A stretch of DNA of 64,000 bases from contig CANPJW010000003.1 in assembly GCA_947574505.1 (NCBI GenBank), positions 13,940 to 77,939 of the forward strand. The letters run 5' to 3'. Shown here one piece after another: positions 43,389 through 52,892 of this stretch. How positions within the stretch are numbered: position 1 is the stretch's first letter; each line of letters opens with the position of its first letter. This DNA comes from an uncultured Bacteroides sp. GTDB lineage: Bacteria; Bacteroidota; Bacteroidia; Bacteroidales; Bacteroidaceae. The notes beneath the pieces are model-generated. The model saw nothing but the letters and a program-made list of their open reading frames with translations. It searched no databases and was not told the origin of the DNA. A program made the position numbers and the translations under genes.

Positions 43389-44789
43389 TTAGAAAGGATT
43401 GTTTTCTGTATAACCTTTCGTATCGTAGTCGAATATCTTTGTAAGGGAACCGTCATGTTTGAATTTGACAGTTCCGACAGAACCGTTTCGATGTTTGGCT
43501 ATAATCAATTCACCATAGTTGTAAATCTCATGCCCGGATGAATCCTTGACACTGATTCCGTAATATTCCGGACGATGAACGAATATAACCATGTCTGCAT
43601 CCTGCTCAATGGCTCCCGATTCCCGAAGGTCTGCAAGAATAGGTTTTTTATCCTGTCGCTTGTCTACTTCCCGGTTGAGTTGTGACAGAAGGATAACAGG
43701 TACATTCAATTCTTTAGCGATAATCTTTGCTTCCCGGGACATCCGGGCTATTTCCTGTTCTCTGTTTCTTGTTCCATTTGAGCTTTCGGTTACCAACTGT
43801 AAATAGTCTATTATCACCATTCCACATTTGTTTTGTCGATGGTATAAACGGCACGTTGCACGGATGTAACTCATTCCTATAGCTGCGTTATCGTTTATTG
43901 TTATCGGTAAGCTGTATAAAATTCCCCCTATTGCCTTATCTATTTGCAGTAGCTCATCTTGGCTTATATTGCCGGACCTTAATTTGCTGGGATGTACATT
44001 GGATTCTGAAGCAATGAAACGTTCATACAGGCTGACAGAATCCATTTCTAAAGAGAAAATGACTACCGGAATACCTTGTCTAGCTGCTGACTTTCCAAAA
44101 TGTAGAGATACAGCAGTTTTTCCCATGGCTGGGCGTGCTGCCAATACTATCAACTCGCCACCGTGCCAACCGGAATTTATATCGTTAAGGTCTTGTAGTC
44201 CGGTTGTTATTCCTGTCTGTTTCCCGCTACTATACAATCCCATCTTCCTCTCTATGTTTTTTAATGCGGACTGTGCAATGTCTTTAAATGACTGGGATTC
44301 ACTTTGCCCGATTAAATCCTGCTGCATTTGCTCCAGTGCTTTCCCCGCATTGAAAAGGACGTCTCTGATATCTTCTGTATCATCATAGGCTTGCTGTTGG
44401 AGTATATGGGATAATTCAATGGCTTTCCGTTGTAGATATTTCTGTTTTACCATCAAAGCATGTTCGACGGCATGAAACGAATCAAACCCGTAATTGAGGG
44501 TTTCCGCTATGAAGTGCGGAGGCGCTTCTTCAATCTTCCCCATTGAGCGGACTTCGTTTGATACCGATACGATGTCACATGGTTTATTGCTTGCATAAAG
44601 CGACTGGATAGCATCATACAATACAGCGTACCGGTTATCATAAAACATATCTTTATTCAGTTCGGGAGATATGGCATCGAATACTTTGTCACCGCCAAAG
44701 TTAAGAAGTGAACCGATAACGGCTTGTTCTGCTTCAGGTGCGTTCGGCATTCCCTTAATTGGGGACGGTGTATACTTGTTTGTTTTCAT
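43389..44789 (-). CDS. dnaB: Replicative DNA helicase (element copy)
   Basis: EAEQAVIG, AARPAMGKT, FSLEM, IDYLQL, LSQLNR, DLRESGAIEQDAD, AKHRNG; ATG at 44789. Confidence 0.95.
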   Translation of the reverse strand: MKTNKYTPSPIKGMPNAPEAEQAVIGSLLNFGGDKVFDAISPELNKDMFYDNRYAVLYDAIQSLYASNKPCDIVSVSNEVRSMGKIEEAPPHFIAETLNYGFDSFHAVEHALMVKQKYLQRKAIELSHILQQQAYDDTEDIRDVLFNAGKALEQMQQDLIGQSESQSFKDIAQSALKNIERKMGLYSSGKQTGITTGLQDLNDINSGWHGGELIVLAARPAMGKTAVSLHFGKSAARQGIPVVIFSLEMDSVSLYERFIASESNVHPSKLRSGNISQDELLQIDKAIGGILYSLPITINDNAAIGMSYIRATCRLYHRQNKCGMVIIDYLQLVTESSNGTRNREQEIARMSREAKIIAKELNVPVILLSQLNREVDKRQDKKPILADLRESGAIEQDADMVIFVHRPEYYGISVKDSSGHEIYNYGELIIAKHRNGSVGTVKFKHDGSLTKIFDYDTKGYTENNPF

Positions 44790-45390
44790 CCTGTACCTCC
44801 TTTCTTCCGTGATTCTGCCACCAATAAGTAAACCTTCTCTTTGCATCCGATATATTCGATATACTCTGTTCCTCTCCAATTGAAACGATATAAGCAATGA
44901 ACTTATCTAACTGGTCGGGAAGCATAGAAATGAAAGACACACCTAAAGTAGATTGCATACAAACGGATTCTTTCCAGATTTCATCTGATAGTAGTTGCTC
45001 TTTGATTGATTGAAGATCGAAAACTTTATTCGTTCCCTCTCTCACACTCTCTCCATTAAGAGAGAGAGTATCACTTACACTTACACTATCACTTACACTT
45101 ACAGTTGACGTTCGTTTACGGTCGTTCGCTTGATGTTTTCTGCTTTCTGCACTTTTGAGAGCGGCTTCTTTCCGTTGTTTGATAGCAGCATCATATTTGC
45201 CTATATTACGGTCAATAGCTGGTTTAAAGATGGAAAACATTGCATTGACTACAGTATTGTCTGTTTGCGGCATTTCTTCTGTTCTAACATAGTCGAATAT
45301 TGCTTTAATGAGTTCGCCCGCAATGTCGTTGGGCTGTCCGTCGAAGGTATCTTCCCATTCTGTATAAAGTACAAATGATTTTCTACTCAT
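44755..45390 (-). CDS. DUF6291-like phage replication initiator
   Basis: RKSFVLY..GELIKAIFDY N-terminus, VSVSDSVSVSD linker; overlaps the dnaB start. Confidence 0.75.
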   Translation of the reverse strand: MSRKSFVLYTEWEDTFDGQPNDIAGELIKAIFDYVRTEEMPQTDNTVVNAMFSIFKPAIDRNIGKYDAAIKQRKEAALKSAESRKHQANDRKRTSTVSVSDSVSVSDTLSLNGESVREGTNKVFDLQSIKEQLLSDEIWKESVCMQSTLGVSFISMLPDQLDKFIAYIVSIGEEQSISNISDAKRRFTYWWQNHGRKEVQDENKQVYTVPN

Positions 45391-45691
45391 TGATACCTCC
45401 TTCCCAGTTAATAGACATTTGCCGCTTGTCCGGCTCTAACCAATACAGTTTTCTATTATCGTCTTGACGAACGTCTTTAATGTTCCAACCTTCTTTTCTA
45501 AGGTCGGATATGACTTTCCGGCTATCATTTCCGCCAGTAAGGGTGTTTAAATCTTTACTAGTGTACTTGCCACCATCTAAGAATAGTTTGCGAATCTGTT
45601 GTTTGATTCGAGATGATTTGCTATCTTTGCTCCTGTTGTTGAGGAGATTGGCGGTCGTTGAGACTGCCTTTTTCTTTTCTTCCATAGTCAC
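45383..45691 (-). CDS. Winged-HTH DNA-binding protein
   Basis: QIRKLFLDG..SRKVISDLRKEGWNI..KLYWL. Confidence 0.72.
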   Translation of the reverse strand: MTMEEKKKAVSTTANLLNNRSKDSKSSRIKQQIRKLFLDGGKYTSKDLNTLTGGNDSRKVISDLRKEGWNIKDVRQDDNRKLYWLEPDKRQMSINWEGGINE

Positions 45692-45987
45692 GCCCTCCGA
45701 TATTTGAATACGACCTGCTTTTTTACTGCCTCATCAATAGCATCCGCTTCATACAGGATTCTACTACCTACACGTTTGGAGATAAGAAGTCCGTCTTTTG
45801 TTATTCTCGCCAATGTTGGCAGGGTGACATGAAGGATTTTAGCTGTTTCCTTTCGGGTGTAGAATTTTGGCTCTTTTTTTTCGGTCGCATACAATATTCT
45901 CTCAGACACTTTTTCAGCAATTATATCGACAAATGGAGAGAAGAAACTTAATATAAGCGCCTGTTGAGCTGAATTTAATTCTTTCAT
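45688..45987 (-). CDS. Excisionase-like HTH_17 protein
   Basis: FYTRKETAKILHVTLPTL..GLLISKRVGSRILY. Confidence 0.85.
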   Translation of the reverse strand: MKELNSAQQALILSFFSPFVDIIAEKVSERILYATEKKEPKFYTRKETAKILHVTLPTLARITKDGLLISKRVGSRILYEADAIDEAVKKQVVFKYRRA

Positions 45988-46043
45988 AACTTATACATTT
46001 TAATTGTTATGAAGGAAGGCGTGCACGTCCTTATCTTCAAGTG

Positions 46044-46156
46044 CAAAGATAGATTGGGGAATTATTGGGGAATTATGCCCCAATAAGAAAATAACGCATC
46101 AATATTATTGAATATCAATGCGTTATTAAAATAATTATTGGGGAAATTAGGGAAGG
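46044..46156 (-). promoter_or_regulatory. Promoter of the xis/replication operon with tandem ATTGGGGAATT boxes
   Basis: TATCTTTG (minus, 46044-46051); boxes at 46053-46074, an inverted CCCCAAT and more copies from 46136, around a hairpin at 46090-46127. Confidence 0.6.
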
Positions 46157-46157
46157 G

Positions 46158-47147
46158 CTATAAATTGTCTATAAATTGTTGAAATTGGGCGTCTTTTTCG
46201 CTGTAACCTCCGCTTAATGTGTCCGTTCGTAATGTTGCTTTCATGAAATCTACTCCGCCAAATATATGAGTTCTAATTCTTTCGATCCATTCTTGTCTAT
46301 GGTTTTTATCGCTTATATTGTTTCCTATCATTCGGAAGATTACTTTAGTTCTATTTACTTCCCCCTTTTTTATAGTTAACTGAAGATTTGTACCACTGCC
46401 ATTTAGTATTTTTATAAAATCGTTTTTAGCAATGCCATCCCATTGGGTATCGTTACATTCTTTATAAATCTTGTCTATTAGTGGTGAATAAAGCAACGAC
46501 AAGTCTTTTGTAATTCTCTCTAAAGAAGATAAAAGGTCTTTTTTTAGAAGGCAAAAATCTGCATCTGTTATTTCGAGTTCAGAAGTAATATAGTGAATGT
46601 CGATGTTAAAATCATTAAATAAGTCTATTAATGATTTGGTAAAGGACTTTACAAAGGCGGCTATTCTTTGGGCTTTTCTTACACGTTCATGGATTATATA
46701 TCCTTCTTGAGTGTTGTATAGTTTGTGAATGTATAATCCTATATTACCCAAAAATAATAAGTTAAATTCATTACGTATGAGTGGGGCCATTTTCTTTAAC
46801 AACCGTTTGGCGAAAATATTTCGGTCTTCTTTATCCAACGCAAACATTACACTTTCAATATTGAGTATTAAATCTTTATCAAAGTCTTCTGTTAAATTTG
46901 CTCCATATTTATTCACTGCTTTTTCTAATTCTTCATCAGAAAGCAATTGCTCTGTTCTAAATCTGCTTTTTTCAGCCCAACGTATAAACATTCTTTGAAT
47001 ATCATCACCCCATACAGGTTCTACATATTCATCTACGTATTTAATTTTTAAAATAGCATCTTCCCTGATTTTTAGAAGAATTTTACTATTTCCAAATGCT
47101 GTATATAAATCAGATATATCTTGTAGCATTTTTAAAAGTTCTTTCAT
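46158..47147 (-). CDS. Hypothetical AT-rich protein co-transcribed with the integrase
   Basis: 329-aa ORF 12 bp after the integrase stop; no motif recognised. Confidence 0.75.
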   Translation of the reverse strand: MKELLKMLQDISDLYTAFGNSKILLKIREDAILKIKYVDEYVEPVWGDDIQRMFIRWAEKSRFRTEQLLSDEELEKAVNKYGANLTEDFDKDLILNIESVMFALDKEDRNIFAKRLLKKMAPLIRNEFNLLFLGNIGLYIHKLYNTQEGYIIHERVRKAQRIAAFVKSFTKSLIDLFNDFNIDIHYITSELEITDADFCLLKKDLLSSLERITKDLSLLYSPLIDKIYKECNDTQWDGIAKNDFIKILNGSGTNLQLTIKKGEVNRTKVIFRMIGNNISDKNHRQEWIERIRTHIFGGVDFMKATLRTDTLSGGYSEKDAQFQQFIDNL

Positions 47148-47159
47148 GTTTGAAGAATT

Positions 47160-48485
47160 TTACTTTGCTATTCGTAATTTCGTGAAATAATTCTCTTTAG
47201 CTGCTATCATACTCTTTTCTGATTCATCTAGTTTGAGATATGTCTTTAGCTGTTGCTCGCTACTGTGTCCGGTGATAGCCATTATAGAACTTAATGAAGC
47301 CCCGGCTTTATACATATTGGTTGCTAAGCTTCTTCGGCAGGTATGAGTTTTAAGAAGGTCGCAGAAACGTTTCTTTGCTGTATACTCCATTGCTCCCCGT
47401 TGTTCGTCTAACTCTACTATTTCCGTCCATCCTAAAGCCTCGCCAATCTCTTTGATATGGTCGTTTATCTTTTGGTCGTAGACTTTGGGAAGTGCACCGT
47501 TATATTTGTCAAGGATAGCCGCAACACGATAATCAAGAGGAATATAAACGATATTTCCGGTCTTTTCCTGTTTAAGTTTGATGTACTTATTGCCATCGGT
47601 AAGGGTAACTATCATTTTTGAATTGATGCGCTTATAATCACTTACTCGTTGCCCGGTCAGACAGCCGACTACAAACACATCTTTTATCTTTTCCCATGCC
47701 GGACGATTGGATAAATCGTACTCATAAAGTTCCTGTATTCGTTCTTCAGTCAAGTAGACATTATCAACATCTTTATAGATCACATCAAAACCAAACCGGA
47801 CGTTTGCCGCATCCATAAGTTTAAGCTGCTCGGCTGCGTAACATATCGTTTTGCATATCTTCACCATGCGGGCGATAGTGTTGGGGGAATATTCCTTATC
47901 TGTGAGGAATGAGCGGAAGTCATTATAAAACTCTATTGTCAGGTCATCAAAATCAATAACCTTTAATCTTGTTTCCTGATACGCTTTAAACTGGGACTGA
48001 AAGCCTTTGTAGCTCTTGATTGTTCCAGGAGATATATTTGTGGTTCCTCCTTTCTTTTTCCGTTTTCCGGTTTCGCATTCGTGAATGAATTGTGCTATGA
48101 AGCCGTTGAAGTTGGTGGCCTGTTCTTCTTCTAGGGCTTTAGCTTCGGCCTCGGCACGTTCTTTCTCGGCTGCTATTTGTTCGGCATATACTATCTCATG
48201 TATACGCTCTTTAGCTATGTCGGAAGTTATGGCTACACCATTTTTTATTAGTGCGTCAATCGTTGATGAAATAGCGTCTAGTTTAAGGTAAAGTTCTTTT
48301 CCTTTGCCTGTCCTGAAAGCTGTTAGGGCTTTGGCTCCTGTTAAAGATTTGTTCCACTCTTTTATATCAACCTCTAATCCGGTAGATACTCGAATGTTAA
48401 TCTTTGGAACCCTGTTTTGTATGCGAGCGTATAAGGTTGCATATCCTTCGCTTTTGTCAGTTCTTAAAATGAATGTTGCACCCAT
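47160..48485 (-). CDS. int: Tyrosine recombinase/integrase with SAM-like domain
   Basis: TGQRVSD, KTG, HTCRR, TGHSS, KTY catalytic set; adjacent to attR. Confidence 0.96.
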   Translation of the reverse strand: MGATFILRTDKSEGYATLYARIQNRVPKINIRVSTGLEVDIKEWNKSLTGAKALTAFRTGKGKELYLKLDAISSTIDALIKNGVAITSDIAKERIHEIVYAEQIAAEKERAEAEAKALEEEQATNFNGFIAQFIHECETGKRKKKGGTTNISPGTIKSYKGFQSQFKAYQETRLKVIDFDDLTIEFYNDFRSFLTDKEYSPNTIARMVKICKTICYAAEQLKLMDAANVRFGFDVIYKDVDNVYLTEERIQELYEYDLSNRPAWEKIKDVFVVGCLTGQRVSDYKRINSKMIVTLTDGNKYIKLKQEKTGNIVYIPLDYRVAAILDKYNGALPKVYDQKINDHIKEIGEALGWTEIVELDEQRGAMEYTAKKRFCDLLKTHTCRRSLATNMYKAGASLSSIMAITGHSSEQQLKTYLKLDESEKSMIAAKENYFTKLRIAK

Positions 48486-48502
48486 ATTTTTACTTTTATA
48501 AG

Positions 48503-48556
48503 TTGGTACTACAAAGATAGAGATTCTTTTTGATTTGGTACTACATTGGTACTACA
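48503..48556 (+). repeat. Three TTGGTACTACA putative arm-type sites (right), one overlapping the int promoter
   Basis: Copies at 48503-48513, 48535-48545 and 48546-48556; minus-strand TATCTTTG at 48512-48519. Confidence 0.75.
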
Positions 48557-48676
48557 AACTTTTATCTTATTTTATTCTATTTTCTTTGTGTGATAAATAA
48601 TTTATTGTTTTTCAATAGTTTATGAAAACAATGTTTTATCTAATAAATAAGGAAAATAAAGAAAGAGAGGTTCGTT

Positions 48677-48717
48677 AGGAACCTCACAAAGCCCTTTCAG
48701 ATGATTTCTGAGAGGGT
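48677..48717 (+). repeat. attR
   Basis: AGGAACCTCACAAAGCCCTTTCAGATGATTTCTGAGAGGGT. Confidence 0.93.
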
Positions 48718-48821
48718 CTTTTTTTTTGAAATAGGCAAAGATGGTACTACTTTTATAATTCTTTTGCATTTTGGTGCATTCTGTATACTTCCATAAGATG
48801 GGCTTCACAAATAGTCCGATG

Positions 48822-49265
48822 TCATAGTTTGTTCTGTATCTTAATCATGGGAGTGTATCTAAGCCCGTCAGTTTCCTGTTCTTCGGCTATTTTAGAAAAG
48901 CCTAAACTTTCATAGAACCTTATGGCATAGGATGAAGAATTCACTGTTATTTTATTTACTATTTGATTTGCATAAGCGCAATTAAATAATTCTCTACCTA
49001 TGCCTTTGCGGTGATAGTCTGGATTTATGAAAAATAGAGAGATATGTGTGCCGTTGAGTTTAGTACCAATTATACCGACAAGCTCATTGTTGTCAAAAGC
49101 CCCCCAAATAGTGAGCTCATTTATTAATTCCTTGTTATAAACGAACTTTTTAAATGTTTTTAATCCGTTGGCATTGAAGTCTGTTGTTCCGCATTTAGTA
49201 AATACAGCAAGTGATAATTGTATCGCTTTGTTGTATTCTTCATTATTTATTTTCTTGATATTCAT
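48822..49265 (-). CDS. GNAT acetyltransferase
   Basis: LFFINPDYHRKGIGREL, VNSSSYAIRFYESLGF. Confidence 0.9.
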   Translation of the reverse strand: MNIKKINNEEYNKAIQLSLAVFTKCGTTDFNANGLKTFKKFVYNKELINELTIWGAFDNNELVGIIGTKLNGTHISLFFINPDYHRKGIGRELFNCAYANQIVNKITVNSSSYAIRFYESLGFSKIAEEQETDGLRYTPMIKIQNKL

Positions 49266-49266
49266 G

Positions 49267-49776
49267 TTATAACTCCTTATTTAATTTATCCAAGTCTTTT
49301 GCCATCCAAAAGTTAGTTAGACAACACTGATTAGCTCTGCGCTTTTGTTCCATTTTTACAGCGTAGCCGTTTTTTTCAAAGAAAGGACGGGCTGTTATAC
49401 TTACTTCTGATGTGATTTGCTTAATACCCTCTGCAATTGCATACCGCTCTATTTCTTTCAAAAGCATAGTGGCAATACCTTTACCTTGAAAATCTTTGTG
49501 AATGAACATGGAGTGTAAATAACCTTGTGGTGTAATGGACGAAAAGCCGACGACCTGCGATTGTTGATCAACAGCCACAATAAAATAGTGTGTCTCTATC
49601 ATCCCCTTTATTTTAGCGAGGTCATCTCCACAGGATGCCCAGTCTTCTACTTCCTCCTGTGAGTAATCACGCCTGTTTATTTCAAGTACTGTATTCTTAT
49701 ATAAATCTCTCAGCTCAATAACATCTGATTGCTGCGCTACTCTGATCGCAAAGTCTATTTTCATATTTTGGTTCAT
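49267..49776 (-). CDS. GNAT acetyltransferase (YafP-like)
   Basis: MFIHKDFQGKGIA, SEVSITARPFFEKNGY, LTNFWMAK. Confidence 0.9.
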   Translation of the reverse strand: MNQNMKIDFAIRVAQQSDVIELRDLYKNTVLEINRRDYSQEEVEDWASCGDDLAKIKGMIETHYFIVAVDQQSQVVGFSSITPQGYLHSMFIHKDFQGKGIATMLLKEIERYAIAEGIKQITSEVSITARPFFEKNGYAVKMEQKRRANQCCLTNFWMAKDLDKLNKEL

Positions 49777-50022
49777 ATTCTTTTAGATTGTTTTATAAAT
49801 GAAATTGCAATATTAGGCAAATGAAAAAAGAAAAGCATTGAAATAATTCAAGATTTTTCTTTATTAACTTTTTTTTTCCCTTATATGGCTAACTGTTTCA
49901 TGGAGGGATTCATTTTCAAACGGTTGTTGAAAACTATTAAACAATTGGATTTACAATTCCTCATGTCTGGACATTTCGCTATCTTTGCATCGAAATATAT
50001 TGGAATTTAGTTGAATATATCC

Positions 50023-50901
50023 ATGAATCGTATAAAAGGCATACTTTATGCGGCAGTATCCTCTTCCACTTTTGGGCTTGCTCCGTTTTTTTCTATCACT
50101 CTGCTGTTAGCAGGCTTTTCAGCATTTGAAGTGCTTTCTTATCGTTGGGGAGTGGCGTCGGTTGTGCTGATTATATTCGGTATGCTGTCCGGATGCAATT
50201 TCCGGTTGGCTAGAAAAGATTTCGGAGTTGTATTTCTGCTAAGTTTGTTGCGGGCAATCACTTCCTTTAGTTTGATTATTGCTTATCAGAATATTGCTAG
50301 CGGAGTGGCTTCTACGATACATTTTATGTATCCCTTGGCTGTTGCTCTGGCGATGATGTTTTTCTTTAGGGAAAAGAAGTCTCTTTTAGTGATGCTTGCC
50401 GTCTTGATGTCTTTGTTGGGGGCGACTTTACTTTCATTGGGAGAGTTGGAAGCGAAGGACGGGAATACAATAGCCGGTCTGGTTGCCGCCTGTATCTCTG
50501 TTTTTTCATACGCAGGATATATAATTGGAGTACGGACAACGCGGGCTGTGCAAATAAATTCTACGGCACTGACTTGTTGCATCATGGGCTTTGGAACTGT
50601 TTTTTACCTTATAGGAGCTTTTTGTACTTCCGGACTCCAGTTAGTGTCAGATGGATATACTTGGCTGATAATTTTAGGGCTTGCTTTGCCGGCAACTGCT
50701 ATTTCTAATATAACCTTGGTGCAGGCAATCAAATATGCAGGACCTACATTAACCTCAATTTTGGGAGCTATGGAACCATTGACAGCAGTTGTAATAGGAA
50801 TTTTAGTTTTCAAAGAGCTTTTTACAGCGAATAGCGCGATTGGGATTCTTTTGATTTTGATAGCTGTCAGCGTAGTCGTATTCCGTAGGCAGAAGTCTTG
50901 A
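50023..50901 (+). CDS. DMT/EamA family transporter
   Basis: About 10 TM helices, ASTIHFMYP, TSILGAMEPLTA. Confidence 0.92.
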   Translation: MNRIKGILYAAVSSSTFGLAPFFSITLLLAGFSAFEVLSYRWGVASVVLIIFGMLSGCNFRLARKDFGVVFLLSLLRAITSFSLIIAYQNIASGVASTIHFMYPLAVALAMMFFFREKKSLLVMLAVLMSLLGATLLSLGELEAKDGNTIAGLVAACISVFSYAGYIIGVRTTRAVQINSTALTCCIMGFGTVFYLIGAFCTSGLQLVSDGYTWLIILGLALPATAISNITLVQAIKYAGPTLTSILGAMEPLTAVVIGILVFKELFTANSAIGILLILIAVSVVVFRRQKS

Positions 50902-50913
50902 GCATAAGTATTA

Positions 50914-50956
50914 AATGAAAAAGCTGTTTACCATATCGATAAACAGCTTTTTCATT
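50914..50956. terminator. Bidirectional terminator between the DMT gene and tRNA-Thr
   Basis: AATGAAAAAGCTGTTT...AAACAGCTTTTTCATT. Confidence 0.75.
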
Positions 50957-50960
50957 AGTG

Positions 50961-51034
50961 AGCCTCTTGTCGGATTCGAACCAACGACCCCGAGATTACA
51001 AATCACGTGCTCTGGCCAACTGAGCTAAAGAGGC
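50961..51034 (-). tRNA. tRNA-Thr(TGT)
   Basis: Reverse complement GCCTCTTTAGCTCAGTTGGCCAGAGCACGTGATTTGTAATCTCGGGGTCGTTGGTTCGAATCCGACAAGAGGCT. Confidence 0.96.
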
Positions 51035-51136
51035 GTTATTTTCTTTTGCGGGTGCAAAGGTATGAATTTATTCTAAAAATGCAAATACATCGCGCACTTT
51101 TTTTATATTTGCAGTCTCACTAATGATTATAAGAAG

Positions 51137-51739
51137 ATGAAAAAGAGAATTATGAATGTGTGTGGAATGGCATTTTTTGCCATAAGTATATTGGCATGTT
51201 CCGGTCAGAAGAGGGGAACGGCGAGCGCTGAAACAGCATCGGATAGCGTGGAAGTGACTCCGGAAGCGGTGATTGCCGAAGCGGATAGTACAGGATATAT
51301 CGTTCGGGTAGGAGAGACGGCTCCCGATTTCACGATTACTTTGACCGATGGCAAACAGGTAAGCTTGTCTTCTCTTCGGGGGAAAGTGGTGATGTTGCAG
51401 TTTACAGCGAGTTGGTGTGGTGTATGTAGGAAAGAAATGCCATTTATAGAAAAGGATATTTGGCTGAAACATAAAGACAATGCTGGTTTTGCATTGATTG
51501 GTATTGACCGTGACGAACCGCTTGATAAAGTGCTTGCTTTTGCCAAATCTACAGGAGTCACTTATCCGTTGGGATTAGATCCGGGAGCTGATATTTTCGC
51601 AAAATATGCCTTGCGTGAATCCGGTATAACAAGAAATGTGCTGATAGATAAAGAAGGGAAAATCGTAAAATTGACTCGTTTGTATAATGAGGAAGAGTTT
51701 GCTTCCCTTGTGCGGATGATTGATGAAATGCTGAAGTGA
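51137..51739 (+). CDS. TlpA-family thiol-disulfide oxidoreductase lipoprotein
   Basis: APDF, FTASWCGVCRKEMP; lipobox LAC. Confidence 0.92.
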   Translation: MKKRIMNVCGMAFFAISILACSGQKRGTASAETASDSVEVTPEAVIAEADSTGYIVRVGETAPDFTITLTDGKQVSLSSLRGKVVMLQFTASWCGVCRKEMPFIEKDIWLKHKDNAGFALIGIDRDEPLDKVLAFAKSTGVTYPLGLDPGADIFAKYALRESGITRNVLIDKEGKIVKLTRLYNEEEFASLVRMIDEMLK

Positions 51740-51776
51740 TATATGGCTATTCTTTAGTGATTTATACCACATAAAT

Positions 51777-51855
51777 ATAGTGACGCTATCACATCGGGAT
51801 GGCGTCACTATTTCTGTTACATAGCGTCACTATCCTTACCGCATGGCGTCACTAT
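51777..51855. repeat. 22-bp-period array of four 13-bp ATRGCGTCACTAT units (first inverted) with 9-bp variable spacers
   Basis: Units at 51777, 51799, 51821 and 51843. Confidence 0.85.
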
Positions 51856-51871
51856 ATTTATCTTGAATTAT

Positions 51872-52603
51872 TCAGGCGAGACTGAGTTTTGCCAAATAAT
51901 CGTAGTGTTTGCCTTTTTTTACCAGTTCGGCTTTGAACCCATATTCGGATGCATATAAGCTAAGTGTCTGGAAATCTATGTATAACCAATCGAACGTATC
52001 TCCTTTCACATCCTTATACTGCATCTGGAAATCAACTTCTCCGTAATAATCTCCGGCTAAATCAATGACTATGCTGCCATCTTCTTCCTCGAAAAGATAA
52101 CGAAGGTCACTGGAGTCCATCAATATGCATCCCCCGGGGCGAAGGATGCGTTTCATCCGTTGAAAGAAGCCGGGCATATTGCTTAACTTTCCGATAATTC
52201 CCGAACCATTCATCAGCATCAGGATAGAATCGAACGTTTCGGTAAATGTTTCATCAAAGAGATTGATAAGACGTGTGTCATTGACTCCCCGTTGTTTCAT
52301 AACCTCGACAGATAGCGGAGAAATATCAATGGCGCATACGTCTTTTCCCATTTCCTGAAGTGCCAGCGCATGGCAGCCGCTTCCCGCACCTACATCTAAT
52401 ATCCGTCCTGTGGCCATTTGGAGAGCGGTACGTTCCAGTACAGGCATGGATTGGATATTGCGGAACAGTTTCTTGACAGGGATTTCATCTTCCTCGAATT
52501 GAGAAGAAAATACTCGTAAGCGGTCGGCTCTGCGATGATTGAAATAATCAGAAATAGCGGCTCCCATCGGGTCCTTTTCTATGGAAAGAATTGTTGTTGT
52601 CAT
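51872..52603 (-). CDS. Class I SAM-dependent methyltransferase
   Basis: ILDVGAGSG, AIDISP, LMLMNG. Confidence 0.9.
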   Translation of the reverse strand: MTTTILSIEKDPMGAAISDYFNHRRADRLRVFSSQFEEDEIPVKKLFRNIQSMPVLERTALQMATGRILDVGAGSGCHALALQEMGKDVCAIDISPLSVEVMKQRGVNDTRLINLFDETFTETFDSILMLMNGSGIIGKLSNMPGFFQRMKRILRPGGCILMDSSDLRYLFEEEDGSIVIDLAGDYYGEVDFQMQYKDVKGDTFDWLYIDFQTLSLYASEYGFKAELVKKGKHYDYLAKLSLA

Positions 52604-52701
52604 TGAGGGTTATGTATTGTTTTAGTCGGCAAAGATAAATAAATCCGTAGAAAAGGATTATCTTTGCCGTTGGAAATGTGAATATTAATAATGTATATTA
52701 T

Positions 52702-52887
52702 ATGAGTATAGAAGAAGCAATAATGGGTGGAATCGTCTTTAAAGGCAAGAAAGATAAGCCCAAAGAAGAGGAAAAAGTGAAAACGAAAGCGAAGAAAGCG
52801 ACCTATATTCGTGGACAACACGGTTCGGGAGCAGCGAAGATGAAAGCGGAAATTCGTAAGAAAAGAGCAAATCGACATAAGAAATAA
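52702..52887 (+). CDS. Small Lys-rich hypothetical protein
   Basis: MSIEEAIMGG..YIRGQHGSGAAKMKA; follows a TATCTTTG. Confidence 0.7.
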   Translation: MSIEEAIMGGIVFKGKKDKPKEEEKVKTKAKKATYIRGQHGSGAAKMKAEIRKKRANRHKK

Positions 52888-52892
52888 ATATC

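Larger units (their letters stand above)
33643..48717. mobile_element. ~15 kb integrative element in tRNA-Cys (phage-satellite-like or defective prophage)
   Basis: 41-bp direct repeats at both ends, tyrosine integrase next to attR, Xis-like HTH, DnaB, SNF2-like helicase, VRR-NUC, XRE repressor; no virion or relaxase genes recognised. Confidence 0.92.

Noticed and set aside
33643-48717. Complete prophage, conjugative transposon, DGR or retron
   Set aside because: No structural, lysis, relaxase, T4SS or reverse transcriptase gene is recognisable.
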